Shown one piece after another: positions 41,996-55,668 of a stretch of DNA of 64,000 bases; position 1 is the first letter of the stretch, and each line of letters starts with the position of its first letter. The stretch is from Balanoglossus misakiensis (lineage: Eukaryota > Animalia > Hemichordata). Both the position numbers and the translations under genes were made by a program. The DNA is taken from the NCBI GenBank assembly GCA_040954595.2, contig CM082583.2, positions 2,799,060 to 2,863,059 on the forward strand. Direction: 5' to 3'. The notes below the pieces were generated by a model. It made no database searches. It was not told the origin of the DNA and worked only from the letters and a program-made list of their open reading frames with translations.

Positions 41996-44900
41996 CTAAC
42001 GGAATGAGGTCAACCAATTTCTAACAAACCACAAAAGCTCAGGTGTCAAACACGATATAAGTCCAAATCTCATAAAGAGCGACACCAATGTTCATTTCGG
42101 CAGTTCACAGTCAAAATCTTCTTCTGTCACTTTCTCAAGGTATTTTCAAATTATTGTTTTGCTCTGGTAATCGAGCCTATAAACATGCGGAAAATATATT
42201 GACTCCCCAGCAGAGGAAAAACATAAAACTTGCCCTGGCCCTCAGTGGTGCACTTTGCATATCGAGTGATGTTTTCGGTCCGATGGTTAGACAAAGTCAT
42301 CACAGGGGGGGGGGGGGGTAACAGTTTCATCGACAATCTCTTCAAACACTTGACGATTGTTTGTTCTGCTGGACTCTGAAACTCCTATGTTGAGACATTT
42401 ACATTTCTCAGTCTTTTCATGGCGCCAAGCGAGACTCTGGATATGAATGGTATACTCTTTAAATGCGTAAGACGCCTTCAAATCGTCATGCTTCGACGAA
42501 CGTGTTATTCAAACCAGATATTGCCCCTGGCATATGGATCGTTGGAAAATAAGCATGATGGGAAAAGAAATGTTGACAGTGTGTAGGGTCTAAAATTTGG
42601 ATTCTTTGCCCATTTCTCCTGGCGTATGTTGTGCATGAAAATAAACCTGATTTAGACTATTCGTTGATGCCGCCTTGGGTTTTTGACGCTTGGAATAGAT
42701 ATTTACAATCCATGTCAGTGGCTAACCTGGTCCTGTAATTCAAACACTGTCATCAACATCGATCACTGCTTGCAGTCCATATCTATCACACAGCAGTGAA
42801 GCGATCAATACAATAGTTATTTTGAACATGTTGGCATTCGACCAGTTTTTCTCCTCTCGACTTAATTTCACACGACTTAATTTCACAAGCTATTAGTACA
42901 TTAATACAGAACAGTATTAATTAATTACTTTTTAATGATGTTTTAAGATTCGCGCGTAGAATGATTGGTTTGGCGAATTTCATGAAAAAAATTAATTCAT
43001 TAGATAGGTTTTGAAATGTTCATGAAATATTCATTCGACCCCTGTATACATGTACAGTGTTCAAAGTACACATAATATGTATGGAATCAAAGCGGGGTGT
43101 TATGCATATGACGAAATGTTAAGTTTAGCCTGATCAAAAGGGGGGGGGGGGTCAGATCAGCTTTGTATATTTCGCAGGAGGCTTATATTATTTGAAGGGG
43201 TCATATCATTTCCTCAACACATTTGGGCAATTCTTAAAAGCAATTTTACTGTCAGGAATATTTGGCCGGCCGGGAAAACAGCGGAATCAAATGGCTCATC
43301 AGCAATGAACATTTGCATAGTCTATCATTCTGTGCTACAGCGCGACTTCAGTTGTCCTGGGATAGTTGACAGACGAGTGATATTGACTGGCGGTGCGAAC
43401 AAGCCACATCAAACATGTATTCGCACAGTTGCGACACGAATAACCAGCTCCCATTTTGCAGACGCTCTGCTATTTACATTCTCATAGCTAAGAGCAATCG
43501 GTAGACTAACATGAAACTCCTTTCCTAAACACATCGACGCGATTTTCAATGTTGTCGTGCTGTGATTTGATCATAGCCACTCAGAAAGCTGGTGGCAAGT
43601 GAAATCTTTATTGAAACGTCACTATAAAGAATGACAGAAGGAATAGGAGACAGATCTTTACTTTTCTGAATAATCGAACCAAATGGCAATGCATTTTCAA
43701 TTGTACACTTTGTTTTATTTTTATTCTGGGTGGAAGCATGATGAAATACCCAGTGTTCAGCTTGCCAACACAGCCTCTATGTGTACAAGTCAACATTGGT
43801 ATTGTTGAAAGTTGAATTCAATTCCAGACATTCGTAAACAATAACAATTACACATAAAAAGGCTGAATTGACAATACTGTGCATTTCATCACGCTTCAAA
43901 ACTTTAAACTATTAACTTTTATAGTTAATACACAAAACAAAAGTACTGAACAATTATTCAAAAGTTACAGCTATTGGGGGCTTTAATCTGGTACCCTGGA
44001 GAATTTGCAATTTTTATTAAATTTTTTTAAATGAATTTAAATATGTATCTATAGAGCTGCGAACAATAGCTTCAGAAAGTTTGTTTAAGATTTAATACAA
44101 TCTTGGAAATAGTAAATATCATTATAAAGTAACTGATCGGATCTCCTGAAAAATACAAAATTAATAAAAGAAATTTTATCTTTATTTCTTTCGATTGATG
44201 GTCGATTGGAATAACTTTTAAATTACGTATCCCTTCGTTGACATGACTGTTCGGTACATAATATATGGTATGTTTGGTGAACGTCTGTTTAATCCAGCAT
44301 CGAGAAGTTTGCTTTACGTGCATGGGCAAGCCATGTTGAAAATTGCGCGCGATTCAAGAGCAGACGACAAGTAGCCTACGGCCGCGATATAGCCCATACT
44401 ATAATTTGCTATTTATATATTTATCCCTCAGACTCAGCTTCTGTCGTTTTAACATCCTTTCCAAGAACTTCTTATCTTTCCTGGTGGCATGTTAGACAAC
44501 TGGAATATGCGTTTGACATAATTTCATTATTTTGTTATTGCAATGCTACGTCTAAGCGTACAGTGCTAACACATAATCTGCACTTGATAAAAAAAAGAAT
44601 TAAAAATAATAATAATCTGCACTTGATAGATAATTTAGGGAGAATTGATCACACGTTTCAAGCATTATAGAATAACACTATTCACACAGGATTCAACTCA
44701 AAGCTGTTTTCCATTAAATTTTAGCTAGCTTCCATTCACTTATTCAATGCTGTGAATTAATAGAGCGTCTGTCTACATTATCACGACAGCAAAATAGCTT
44801 GATAGTCTGGTTACAGAACGATGTGAGGTTCAGGGCTTTTAATGAAGACTCTGACAAACACAACAAACACAACGCAATGTCTACAAGTAAAAAAATGGGC

Positions 44901-46254
44901 TATCGGGAAACGATATATCTGCACTTGACGACATTGGGAGCTGCACTGGTATGTGCATATGAGTGTATATGGAACATTACATGTTAGTGTGACGTAAAAA
45001 CAGCATACTACCGTATAGATGGGCTCAGTAACATACTATGAAATAAAAGAATTCCGCATATATATCAGTTTCATTCTCTGAGCAAGATCAAGTCGAGACA
45101 GTCACGGTGAGGCATGACTATAATAGTATATTGTCTCTTTCGTGCGCATTAATATATTGTTGTTGTTTAACACAAGTCGGGCATCAGACGTGGTGCCGGT
45201 GCTATCGATTGACAGGACACGTTGGTATGATGCTCAGCTTAGCGTTTAAACAGCAGAAGGAAAGGCTACTACGTGTACTTACTTCCTGAATATGACAAGG
45301 CGTGGGTTTTCCTAGTAGGCTATCCGATGATTATGGAGCAATTGAGATGTTTGAATTGGCATCCATATTTATATTCTTTCAAGGGAAGACGTAAGACTCG
45401 GAAATTAGTCGTGCTTCTTCTGACGGTAATGCGGTGCATGTCGAATACTTGAACGCTTTGCAATCAAGGCAGAGACACGAAAAGGCGCCATGTGCATACT
45501 TTAAATGCGAGGTGAAATTCCTATATACCTGCGAGCTATCACATCAATCCCGTCATCGCTGAGATCACAATGTTGTCTCTTATTCAGGTAGATTCCAATG
45601 AAATAAGATGGCTTATTCTGCAGAAAATGTTAAATTGAAATAATCAATGTTTTCGCGCTGTCGTGAGGCCGAGGCACTTGCTGTAGCTGCCGCTGTCGCT
45701 GCCGCTGCCCCAATGTGGTTGTGAGCCAAGATCTTTTGTTATTCTCTCCCGTCTAGGCCTACTTCGCTCACGTTGATTTAGAATTTACGACTCTCCATAA
45801 AGCAATGGCGCTCCATTCAAAGAGACTGTAGCAAGGGAACAGGGAGCTGGCGTTCAGTGTACCAACATTGCCCCTCAACTGGCCGTTAGCTTTTTCTCAC
45901 GATTTTCTGTGTTCTTCATTAGCAGCGTGTGAGTTTGCGCAGGCATGGCGAGACACTAGAAAATACTGGGGCCACCTTCGGCATATCATCAAGTATTATT
46001 GATTGTTAACACTTTTTGTGCTTACAGTGATAGATCACTGTGTTTGAGCAATAACAGTCTGCAAATATGCGTACTGTTGTGCCATGTTGAAGTGAACGAT
46101 ATCGGGTTAAACTGGCACAGGAATTTCACTTTGGGCGGTCGAATCTCAATTAGCTGCAGTGCGTAACGATTCTCTTTTCATGAAGACTGTCGAGCAGATG
46201 TGATTCGGAATCACCCTGCATATTACTAGCACATGCGTGTGTGTGTATAGTTGT

Positions 46255-46571
46255 GTATGTATGTATGTATGTATGTATGTATGTATGTATGTATGTATGT
46301 ATGTATGTATGTATGTATGTATGTATGTATGTATGTATGTATGTATGTATGTATGTATGTATGTATGTATGTATGTATGTATGTATGTATGTATGTATGT
46401 ATGTATGTATGTATGTATGTATGTATGTATGTATGTATGTATGTATGTATGTATGTATGTATGTATGTATGTATGTATGTATGTATGTATCTATGTATCT
46501 ATGTATCTATGTATGTATCTATGTATGTATCTATGTATCTATGTATGTATCTATGTATCTATGTATCTATG
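46255..46571. repeat. (TATG)n grading into (TATC/TATG)n
   Basis: Read directly. Confidence 0.97.
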
Positions 46572-49500
46572 TCATTTCGGTATGTCGCGTCGTAACGTCT
46601 GAAATGACTGAATTAAAGACGGACTGACATGAATTGATAAGACCCCCCATAAACAAGTCAAAATACACAAATACAGAACTTCGTAACTTTATTGACTACA
46701 AACGTGGACATGGGGCAGATGTGGTCATTTCCGGACCAATCTTACAGTTTTTACAGTTTTATTCTGCTGTGTATAAGTCTCTGAGAGTCAAAATCTAACG
46801 AGATTCTCTTAGTAAAGGGGAAACATGAGTATTCTAGGAGTTTAAGGCGGATTAACATTTTTGCCTCATTACATGTTTGGAGTTCAGAGTGGTCAATGCA
46901 AGGCATATAATTTCTGAGGTCATTTGTAACATTGCTTGACCATGATTGATATGAGGTAGATCATGTGATTTATTCCGTGGAACAAACATAAAGAGATTTT
47001 TGTACAAATTCAAATTTGTGTGCTGCAGGAGGCCGTTCGGACCAGATGACAATCTCTTTTTCCCGTGTTATAAACAAATATCCCAACACTCTTTCTCTGA
47101 TATACTAATGGATTTATCCATGTGAGTTTGGTGATATCTTATCAGCAAATGAAAGGAGTTGTAGACATCTGGCGGATAACAAAATCTTGCAAAAGAACGC
47201 AATTTGAGCACAGATATTATTAAGCTGCAACTGGTTTATTACTAACAACAGATGCATGTTTTCACTTTCAGAATCCAATTTAAAGCCCTTTTCACGGCTG
47301 TCGGCCTAACAACTTAATTTGGTGGAATGGATTTAGTTGACGTCTAATACTAAATAGAAACCAGGCAAAAAATAGGAGCGTCAATTGCGTTAGGGATTCG
47401 AACAGGGACCTTTCGAAAATTGAGAGGGTATTTCGACGGATAATAGATTTTAAGACGGAGATCACTTGATTTTACGCACACAACCCGCGTCCCTTAAAGT
47501 CGATTGTCTCACATTTTTGTCGAAGATGAGACAGGTCATGCACACACAAAATTAAAGGTGTCATTCAAGACAAATTTATTTCGTGTTTTTTTCAATCAAA
47601 ACATTAATGTGCCAGTTAAGTATTTCTTCTGCTCCTAGCCTAAGGAAAAATTAAAGCATAAATTTGACTTTTCATTTTACAAGTAAATGTTATGAATTCA
47701 AAGTTCAAACTTATCTGATCTGATAAATGTAATTTTGTTGTGACATTACGATCTAGTCCGATGAATTGGTATGAATTTAGTTTCACATTCTGATCTGGCC
47801 TGATCTAAAATCACGCAAACAGCAACATTGTAATAGTGCATAGTAATTTCAGAAACGCCCGATTTCAAGTTTTAGTAGTCAACATCATAGCATGAACGCC
47901 AATGCAAACTCATTGTATTGGCCGTCTGAAGCATCATAGAGATAAACACAAACGTGTCAGAATTTTATTTTTTCCGGTGTATATTCAATGTTCGATCCAT
48001 CCAGCCCAGAATCCTCGAGACCAACTCTTGAAGCCCAAATGTCACAACTTTTGAAATTAATATTCCCCCATTTTTTCGGGGCACCTTCAGTTCCAACGAC
48101 TGGTATACCTTGTCTTTCGAAGTGGCTTCGCGTACCGTCCTGTCTGTCAGTAAAGTCGAATGACACCAAATCATTCGACACTAGAATTCATCACGTCATT
48201 TTATTTCTGATCATTAACATTGAACTTTCCTCTCTTAGATATCATGTTATGGAAAATGAGACCAGTCCAGTTACCATAGTAACACCTTGTGTAATAGAGG
48301 TTAGAATTTATACCCGCAACATAAAACAACAAAAAATGAATGCGCCTTTTAGGGCCAGTTTACGAGACTTTAACTGCATCTGAAAAAAGCGAATTGTAAA
48401 TGGGTATTGCTTATCAAGTGATCTATCAAATCGCTTGGATGACTACAGATAGTTGGACGGATTGAGGAACAGATGGAGGGATTGATTCTGACAAAAGTAG
48501 TTAATGCCACTGTGATTTCACTACAAGTGTTTATTAGAAGCTCCAATTGAACTGCAGTGTTACAACAAAAGCATTTGAAAGTGGATATCGCGACATAACA
48601 TCCAATGTTTCATGTGTAATTGGAATAGCCATGACTTTTCACATTTGAAGAACGACTATAAAATGATCCACAGATTTACCTGCAGTAATTTATAAATGTT
48701 GACGTGTTTATCACCCAATCCCTAAAAATGTAGGTCATCTAGTAGGAAACAAGCCTATACCATTGCATTATGTTATTACATGTAATATCATAGCACTTGT
48801 ATGATATTAACATAATCCTACACCTCAAATCTGGTGTAGGATACCGCACGCCATGAACAGATATATTAGATAGATAGATAGATGGATAGATAGATAGTTT
48901 ATTTCACCAGAATGATGCATTTGACATGACTAGTGCGGACCAGGCAAGTAGTCGTGTCCCTGGCCCTAAATACATACAACTTATTGAAACAAATAATGCC
49001 AATTGCCAATTCATATCACAAAACAATAGTTGGTAATCAACAGCGCAGTGACAATAATTAAGCAGGTTTATAACAGAGGTTACATTAATCTGTGCTCAAA
49101 AGATACCTTTTCAGAGAGCTTTTAAATAAATTCCTTGACTGAATATTGATTGGACGGTGATGTAATACATGTTCAAGTTGGTCATTCGTCTAGTCCTAGC
49201 TTGATGTAATAGTTAATTTCCTGGGTAGAATTTCTTTATAACCCTTGAAATCTCGTTAATTGCTACTTGCAAAGGTTAACCTTCTTTAATTGTGCCTTTG
49301 GGCGATTGGGTCAACATCAGCGTCAGTTGGAAACCCAATTTAGCCTATCAGAAGTTAGTTAGTCATTTTGCTTACAACTCCCGCATGTTTATTGGTTTGT
49401 ATTCTCCATTGCGCGTGCATTTACTTATAAATTATAACACTTTGGAGCTCATAATTCAACGTTAACAATCGTATTTGTCTCTAGTAGTTTACTGTAAGTT

Positions 49501-51034
49501 TCGACAGCCCAGTTAATTTATTTTGATTTCAGCAGACATTAAAGTAAAATGCAACAAAAGACTGAAATATACAGAAATGTACAAAACACATCCTCAAAAA
49601 TACAAGAAAGAACGGATCGTCTGAACATTTCACGATGCTGTATCATACACAGTGGAACCTTACTGTAACGAACACCGTTTGTGCGAACGATCAGTTTATA
49701 ACGAATGTAACAGGCGCCCCTGTAGAATTTACCATTGTAGATTAGATACCATAAACAATGGACTGCGAACGTAAAAGCAGTAAGATTTATGAAGATTTGA
49801 TAAGCTGTGAATTGTGTAGAATCCAGTCACAGACCCTGAAATGCCTTAAAAGGCGCCATCTTACAATACAACATGAGTAGATATATATATTCATGACGTG
49901 TGACATCGCATGCTATTTTTTTCTATATTTGACTATGACACAAAAGTGATTTTGAATTGTTCAAATATTCCTGAACATTCAAACTTGGTTTAATACTTGT
50001 TTAAACCACGTTGTCTTGCTTAATGCACGTCTTAAAAATAGTTTTTATTTTCAATATAGGTCTTAACTCATTTTTTTCCCTATAATTTCCATTGCTTCAT
50101 ACGAAATAACAAATAACTTAACGTGGTCTGTACTTCAGTAGATGCTGTGTATAGGGGTTTCAAGTACAGAAGAGTCAAACTAGGTTCTCTCGTTGAATAG
50201 TTTTAATGAGCAGACACAACCAGGAGTGAAATTTGATCGAATCGCCACGTTTTACGACCCTGTTTGACCTAACCATCGTGCTCATGCAATTTAACCAAAT
50301 TCTCATACATGGTACATGTATAGCATTGATGTCATATGACACATCTATTTTTCCTCTTGGTCAGTTAAATGATTACAGATGAAATCAACTATCAGGTTAC
50401 CAGCATTGCTTATTTCCGCATATGTTGAATAATGTGTCATGTTTCTTTTAATTTCTGTGAGGTAATTAAACCTTTGTATCTCGCGCGTTGAATTGACATT
50501 TCCTCAAATAGGTTTACAAGTTGCAACTGCACGGCTTGTATGGTTTGTCGTAAGAAGAATTAGACGCTCTGTTTATAAGGTAAAATACGTCATATATTGC
50601 TTCATTAAATTACGTAAAAAACCAAAGGACATTTTTATAACATCGTTGCTTTTATGACTACAAGTGGAAATATTTTAGAAATATCACATACAACATACAA
50701 TGAGCAATATTTGTTGTTTAAAAGTTCTGTCTTTGTAGTTTGCATATAGACCTCATATAACCTTCTTTACAATGTTTAGAAATCCGACATTTTGAAATTT
50801 TGTACACCAAATGTTTATATCTTACCTAGGCAGTCTCGGTTACCCAGACCCCTCTGCTTCTTCCGTTGGCACTCCAGAAAGAGGGTCTGGGGAAATACTA
50901 GTTGTTTTTTAATATATTTTCCTCTTTGTTTTTTTAATTACCCCTCTGTGATTTTCATGTTTGATGTTTTGATGTATCATGCTTGTCACTGCTGCAAGTT
51001 CATTGCCCAGTCATGGGATAGTAAAGTATTATTA

Positions 51035-51042
51035 ATTGATTG

Positions 51043-51081
<39 letters not shown>

Positions 51082-51148
51082 GATTGACTGACTGACTGAC
51101 TGACTGACTGACTGACTGACTGACTGACTGACTGACTGACTGACTGAC
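51035..51148. repeat. (GATT)n-(GACT)n compound microsatellite
   Basis: Read directly. Confidence 0.95.
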
Positions 51149-51667
51149 CGATTTATTCCTAGGATGGATAGTAGCATAGTCTGCAACGTCCAGCTTATTC
51201 CCAATTAATGCACAGGAAGTTGATACTAGTACTTTAAGATGAAACTCAAACACTGATGGTGTAATTTTTCATCACACAATGACAAATTTGTGGGTAAGCC
51301 AAGGTCACAAATGGCCGGATTTACTTGTTCTTGCCTACTCCCACAATCGATGAAAGTGCCAACATATACACCTCATCATTGCTGTTCAACAATATGCCAA
51401 CAATATGCCTATTCAAAATTTAGCGAATGTCCACAGTATTTGCAATCATTGGTAGATAGATATACATAGCGGGCTCTCCGTTGATCTAACAAAATTTCTC
51501 TTACTACATAGTATCAGGTGTAACACCAGGAGCACAATTAATTATTGTCATCTCACATTTACAGTTGCTGTGCCATTGTTATGGAATGAACTTTCTTTTG
51601 ATGCTCACTGTCTTGGTTGGTCTTGTGAGTCTTTTAAACGTCTTTAAACCCCTCTTTTTAGGTAGTA

Positions 51668-51873
51668 CCGTAAAACACTTTATTTTCGCGAGCAATAAAT
51701 TTTCGCGAAATATGCGAGCCAAAATAGTGTAAAAATAAAAAGTCGCGTAAATTTTTTTTAAAGATAACGATGCAGTGAATGAAATAAGAGAACGCGAAAA
51801 TTAATACTCGCGAAACAGTGGCCTCTCTCGATATCACGAAAATTTCAACTCGCGAAAATAAAGTGTTTTACAG
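51668..51873. mobile_element. TA-flanked Tc1/mariner-type MITE; decayed copy at ~56428-56600
   Basis: TA|CCGTAAAACACTTTATTTTCGCGAG..CTCGCGAAAATAAAGTGTTTTACAG|TA. Confidence 0.8.
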
Positions 51874-54845
51874 TATTATAGTCATATCTGTGATTTTATA
51901 CCTGTATTTTATTCTTTCTTTTTATTTTAGTGTGAAGAGCACTGAGACGTAGTGTAGGGCTCTTTTAAGAAATAAATATTATTATTATTATCAAAACCAC
52001 TATCATCAACTATTAATCCACGTTCAGCTATCACTTAGCCGACTAAGTGACTCACCAGTGAGGGCGCACTCAGACATGGACAGCCAGTTTGTTATTCGGC
52101 TGAGAATTCTGAGCATTTGGAGTGAAATTTTATAGATGACTATCTTTCAAAGGGATCAATAAACAATATTGATTGCATAATTTGGAAAATGGAAAGTCAA
52201 GATTTGTGACATTCATATTTCCATTTACAAATATTTTGCTGGAGGCTGTACACAGGAGCAATGTAAATCAGTGTGGACAAGAGATATGGAGACAATCAGT
52301 TTTACAAGACATCACATTTAATGATAATAAAAGTAAAAATAAGAAACAAGTACATCAATATATTCCATGAATAAGAATGAACAGATTCTACAGAATCTTG
52401 CCTTTTCCCCCTCTCATTTGTCATTCTTGAGACATTAGTTGGGTACATTTCATAGCTAGGATTTGGAGAACTATATACAATGCATGCCATGGTTGTCAAA
52501 AGTTGTTTGAACAACAAGAACATTGCACACCCTACAGTTAAATAGAATGTGGTGTGTGCGTGCATGTGTGAGACTGTGTTATGTGTGTGTGTGTGTGTGC
52601 TTACACCATACTATAGCATGTGTGATGTTTGTGTGTATGTTTACTTCTCAATGAACAGGTTGTACAATTTGGAATCAGAGGGAGATGATAGATTGGCTCA
52701 CTGGCAGAGACATTCATAAAAATACAAAACAGCTCTAGAAAGATGTCCTTGTAAAAAAATACACAGAAGAAACCAAGCATCTGCATAAGTTATTGAATAA
52801 GAGTGTTTGATCTGACCACCAGACATTAACTCTGAGTGCTGGTGGGTGTGTTATGAGGGTATGAAAGAAAACACATCATATGCACACTAAAATCAATTTT
52901 GCCAAAATATCATAAAGGATTGATGGTACAATATTCTGCGTCAACTTACAATCATTTGAAAGTATGTCAAAATCTTGAAGATTCGTATTATTTGAATTTT
53001 TTTTAATATATATTTTTTCTCAACCCATCTGTAATCTATGATAACCTACAACCATGTTATATGATGTACTGAAATTACTATACTATTCTTCTCTTCATTA
53101 TTTACATTATTCAATCAATCATCTGCCAGATGCATTCCTGGAAATATACACTATGAAATGGCATCATCAAATAATGTTGCCCATTTTATTAGGCCATCAT
53201 TCTGGGGAAAATCACAAACTTTTCTTTTCACAGCAATAGTACAAAAAAAGTGTTGAAATTGCAAAGACTGGCAAACATTAGACATACATTTCACAAGGAG
53301 TCCCCAGACTACAACGGTTTAGTCATATTTACAAATATATGTATTGAAATAGTATAACAGCTATTGTTAAGATGAATACACAATAAGCTCTTTCACAGCG
53401 AGTTCTCTTTTTCTTAAAAAAAAATCAAGAAACATGTTACAAATCTACTTAGATTATTTGTACAGCATGGAGAAGGGATAGGCTATAAAGGCTACATATT
53501 GTGACAGGAATAATAATTGCACAGCTTCTAACAATAATATTGCAAGATATGAATGTTGCTATAGATACAGTCAATCCACACATTAGAGGATCATTGATAT
53601 GAAAGCCTGCTTTAGGCAGCAGCAGTACAAAATCTACCACAAAAAAAGAAACAAGCTAATACTCAGTACATAAGAGTGCTAGAGTGCTACCAGAATGCAG
53701 AATTTGTCAATTGAGTAAAAAGTTTGATTTGAAAGATACAGTTAAGGATAAAAGACAATCTTGAATGTAAATGGTCAAATCAGCTAGTAAGGTTTCATGT
53801 CTTACTCATTCTATTCATTTGTCACTTCAATGCAACTTACTCATGACCAAATCTGCTATAGGACAAGCTGAAATTTCAACTAGGCCGTGATTTGCAGAAA
53901 TCACATTATGAGGTACTTGATTGGATGTAACCATGGTTACTTCAGAATTAGTCCAAATCAATTCTTATGTCATAGAATGAAGACATGATCAGTGGCATAT
54001 TTCAATCTGTAATAAGAATCTTACAGGAAATGGTGTAGCAGATTGCTTGGCGTCCACCAAAAACTAGTCCCTTCACGTGGTACACTAATCTCATTACAGT
54101 CAAAAAAGGAAACCAATGGAAATTTCCTTTCATACCAGGTTGAAGAAACAATCCCTTGGCAGAATGTAGTGCTATATAGTATGACTTTTTGAACACAAGT
54201 GTTTAACCCAATAAGATCAATGTGAGAAAGACAAACTTCATGGTGCAGCATGGCTCATTTACATAATCACAACTGCCAATTCTCTAACAGTGTTGAGAGA
54301 TATCCTAGTATTTCTGTGGAAATTTCAATTAAAGCTCCAACTTTTCACTACCTTTTTAGTCATTTTTAGTAATTTTGTTTTGTGTATCTACTGCAGTTTT
54401 TTGGTACAAAATTCTGAAACATGATAAGAGCATATATGTGTATAGTCAGCATTGCTGTTTCGCAAAATTCAAATTCAAGGCCGGGCTAGAATTCATTTGT
54501 CAACAATAACAATGGTTGTTACACACATGTTGAAGAGCAGAGTACTGGGTCAAATTATCATGCTGTTTGGAGTAGACGAAATTACATTTGATACACAGAA
54601 CAAAGATTCTGGAAATCAAGCCAAAAGTGAGAGCTAGTGTCACTTTAGTATCAAATCTTCCACAGCACAGTATACTTTCTCAACAATGATACATACACAC
54701 TGACAGTTAAACCCTCTTGGGATTAAATCCCTATATATGGAGGTACACTCACTGGTATGTTACCAGAATTTCAGACTTGTAGGGCTCAAAGTCTACAAGA
54801 TACCTTGAAGGGCTTATAGATCTGGGACAGAGGAAACAAACGTAA

Positions 54846-55668
54846 CAAACACAGCATCAAGGACACTGGTGTCCCATCTACAGATTACTCAGAATAGGTG
54901 TACAGTACACCAGGATGAAAATCCCAGGTGACATTGACAAGCAGATATGACTTGATTTCAAATTTCAAAGCAATCTGATGAGCTGTTTCCGAGAAAACAC
55001 TATTTGTTCAACAATGGCAGAAACTGCCCTAAACACAAATACGCAAATATAACCAAATTGTACACTGTCTTACTTGGGTTACTCCTCGGAACATGACCAC
55101 CAAGTCAAAAGCTATCTGACACAGAAAATTAATATTGACCAACAATGGCAAAAATTGCCCCAAAATTATAAATTTTCCAACAGTTTCAACAAAACTAACT
55201 TAGATCACCTATAGGAAGCTTCATACTAAATTTTAAAGAAAATGGTTGATCACTTTCAGAGAAAAATGCATTTTTTGACAATTGGTAAAAAATGCATGAA
55301 AAATAGAAAATTCATATTAGCTCAAAACATACAGGATCGTATGAGGTTGACATAAGGTACATGCATACCAATTTGCAAAGTAATTTGCCCAGTAGTTGTC
55401 GAGTTTCTGAGTTTTGACCAATTTCACATTTTTCCCAGGTAATTTGCATATTTCTGCCAATAACAGCTTCATTTGAATAAAATCCCATCTACAACCTGGC
55501 CTGCATCTACACACAAAATATCGAGGTGATACGTGCAGCGGTTTTCAAGTTTCTGATATGGACGGACATACAGACATACGTCCATACATACAGACAGAGA
55601 GACAGACGCCGTTGATCCTGTAAAGTCCCAATGGTATATATATACATATCCAAAATGGGACCTAAAAA
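54846..55668 (-). mobile_element. Second HINE-like family; related fragments at ~30455-30550 and ~31150-32070
   Basis: A/T-run and hairpin GTCCCA..TGGGAC (55625-55661), (ACAG/ACAT) microsatellite, internal repeats, distal GGACAC..GTGTCC hairpin. Confidence 0.6.

Noticed and set aside
47380-47420. tRNA gene (B-box GTTCGAATCC on the minus strand); similar weak motif near 29725
   Set aside because: No cloverleaf or A-box pairing; at most SINE remnants.
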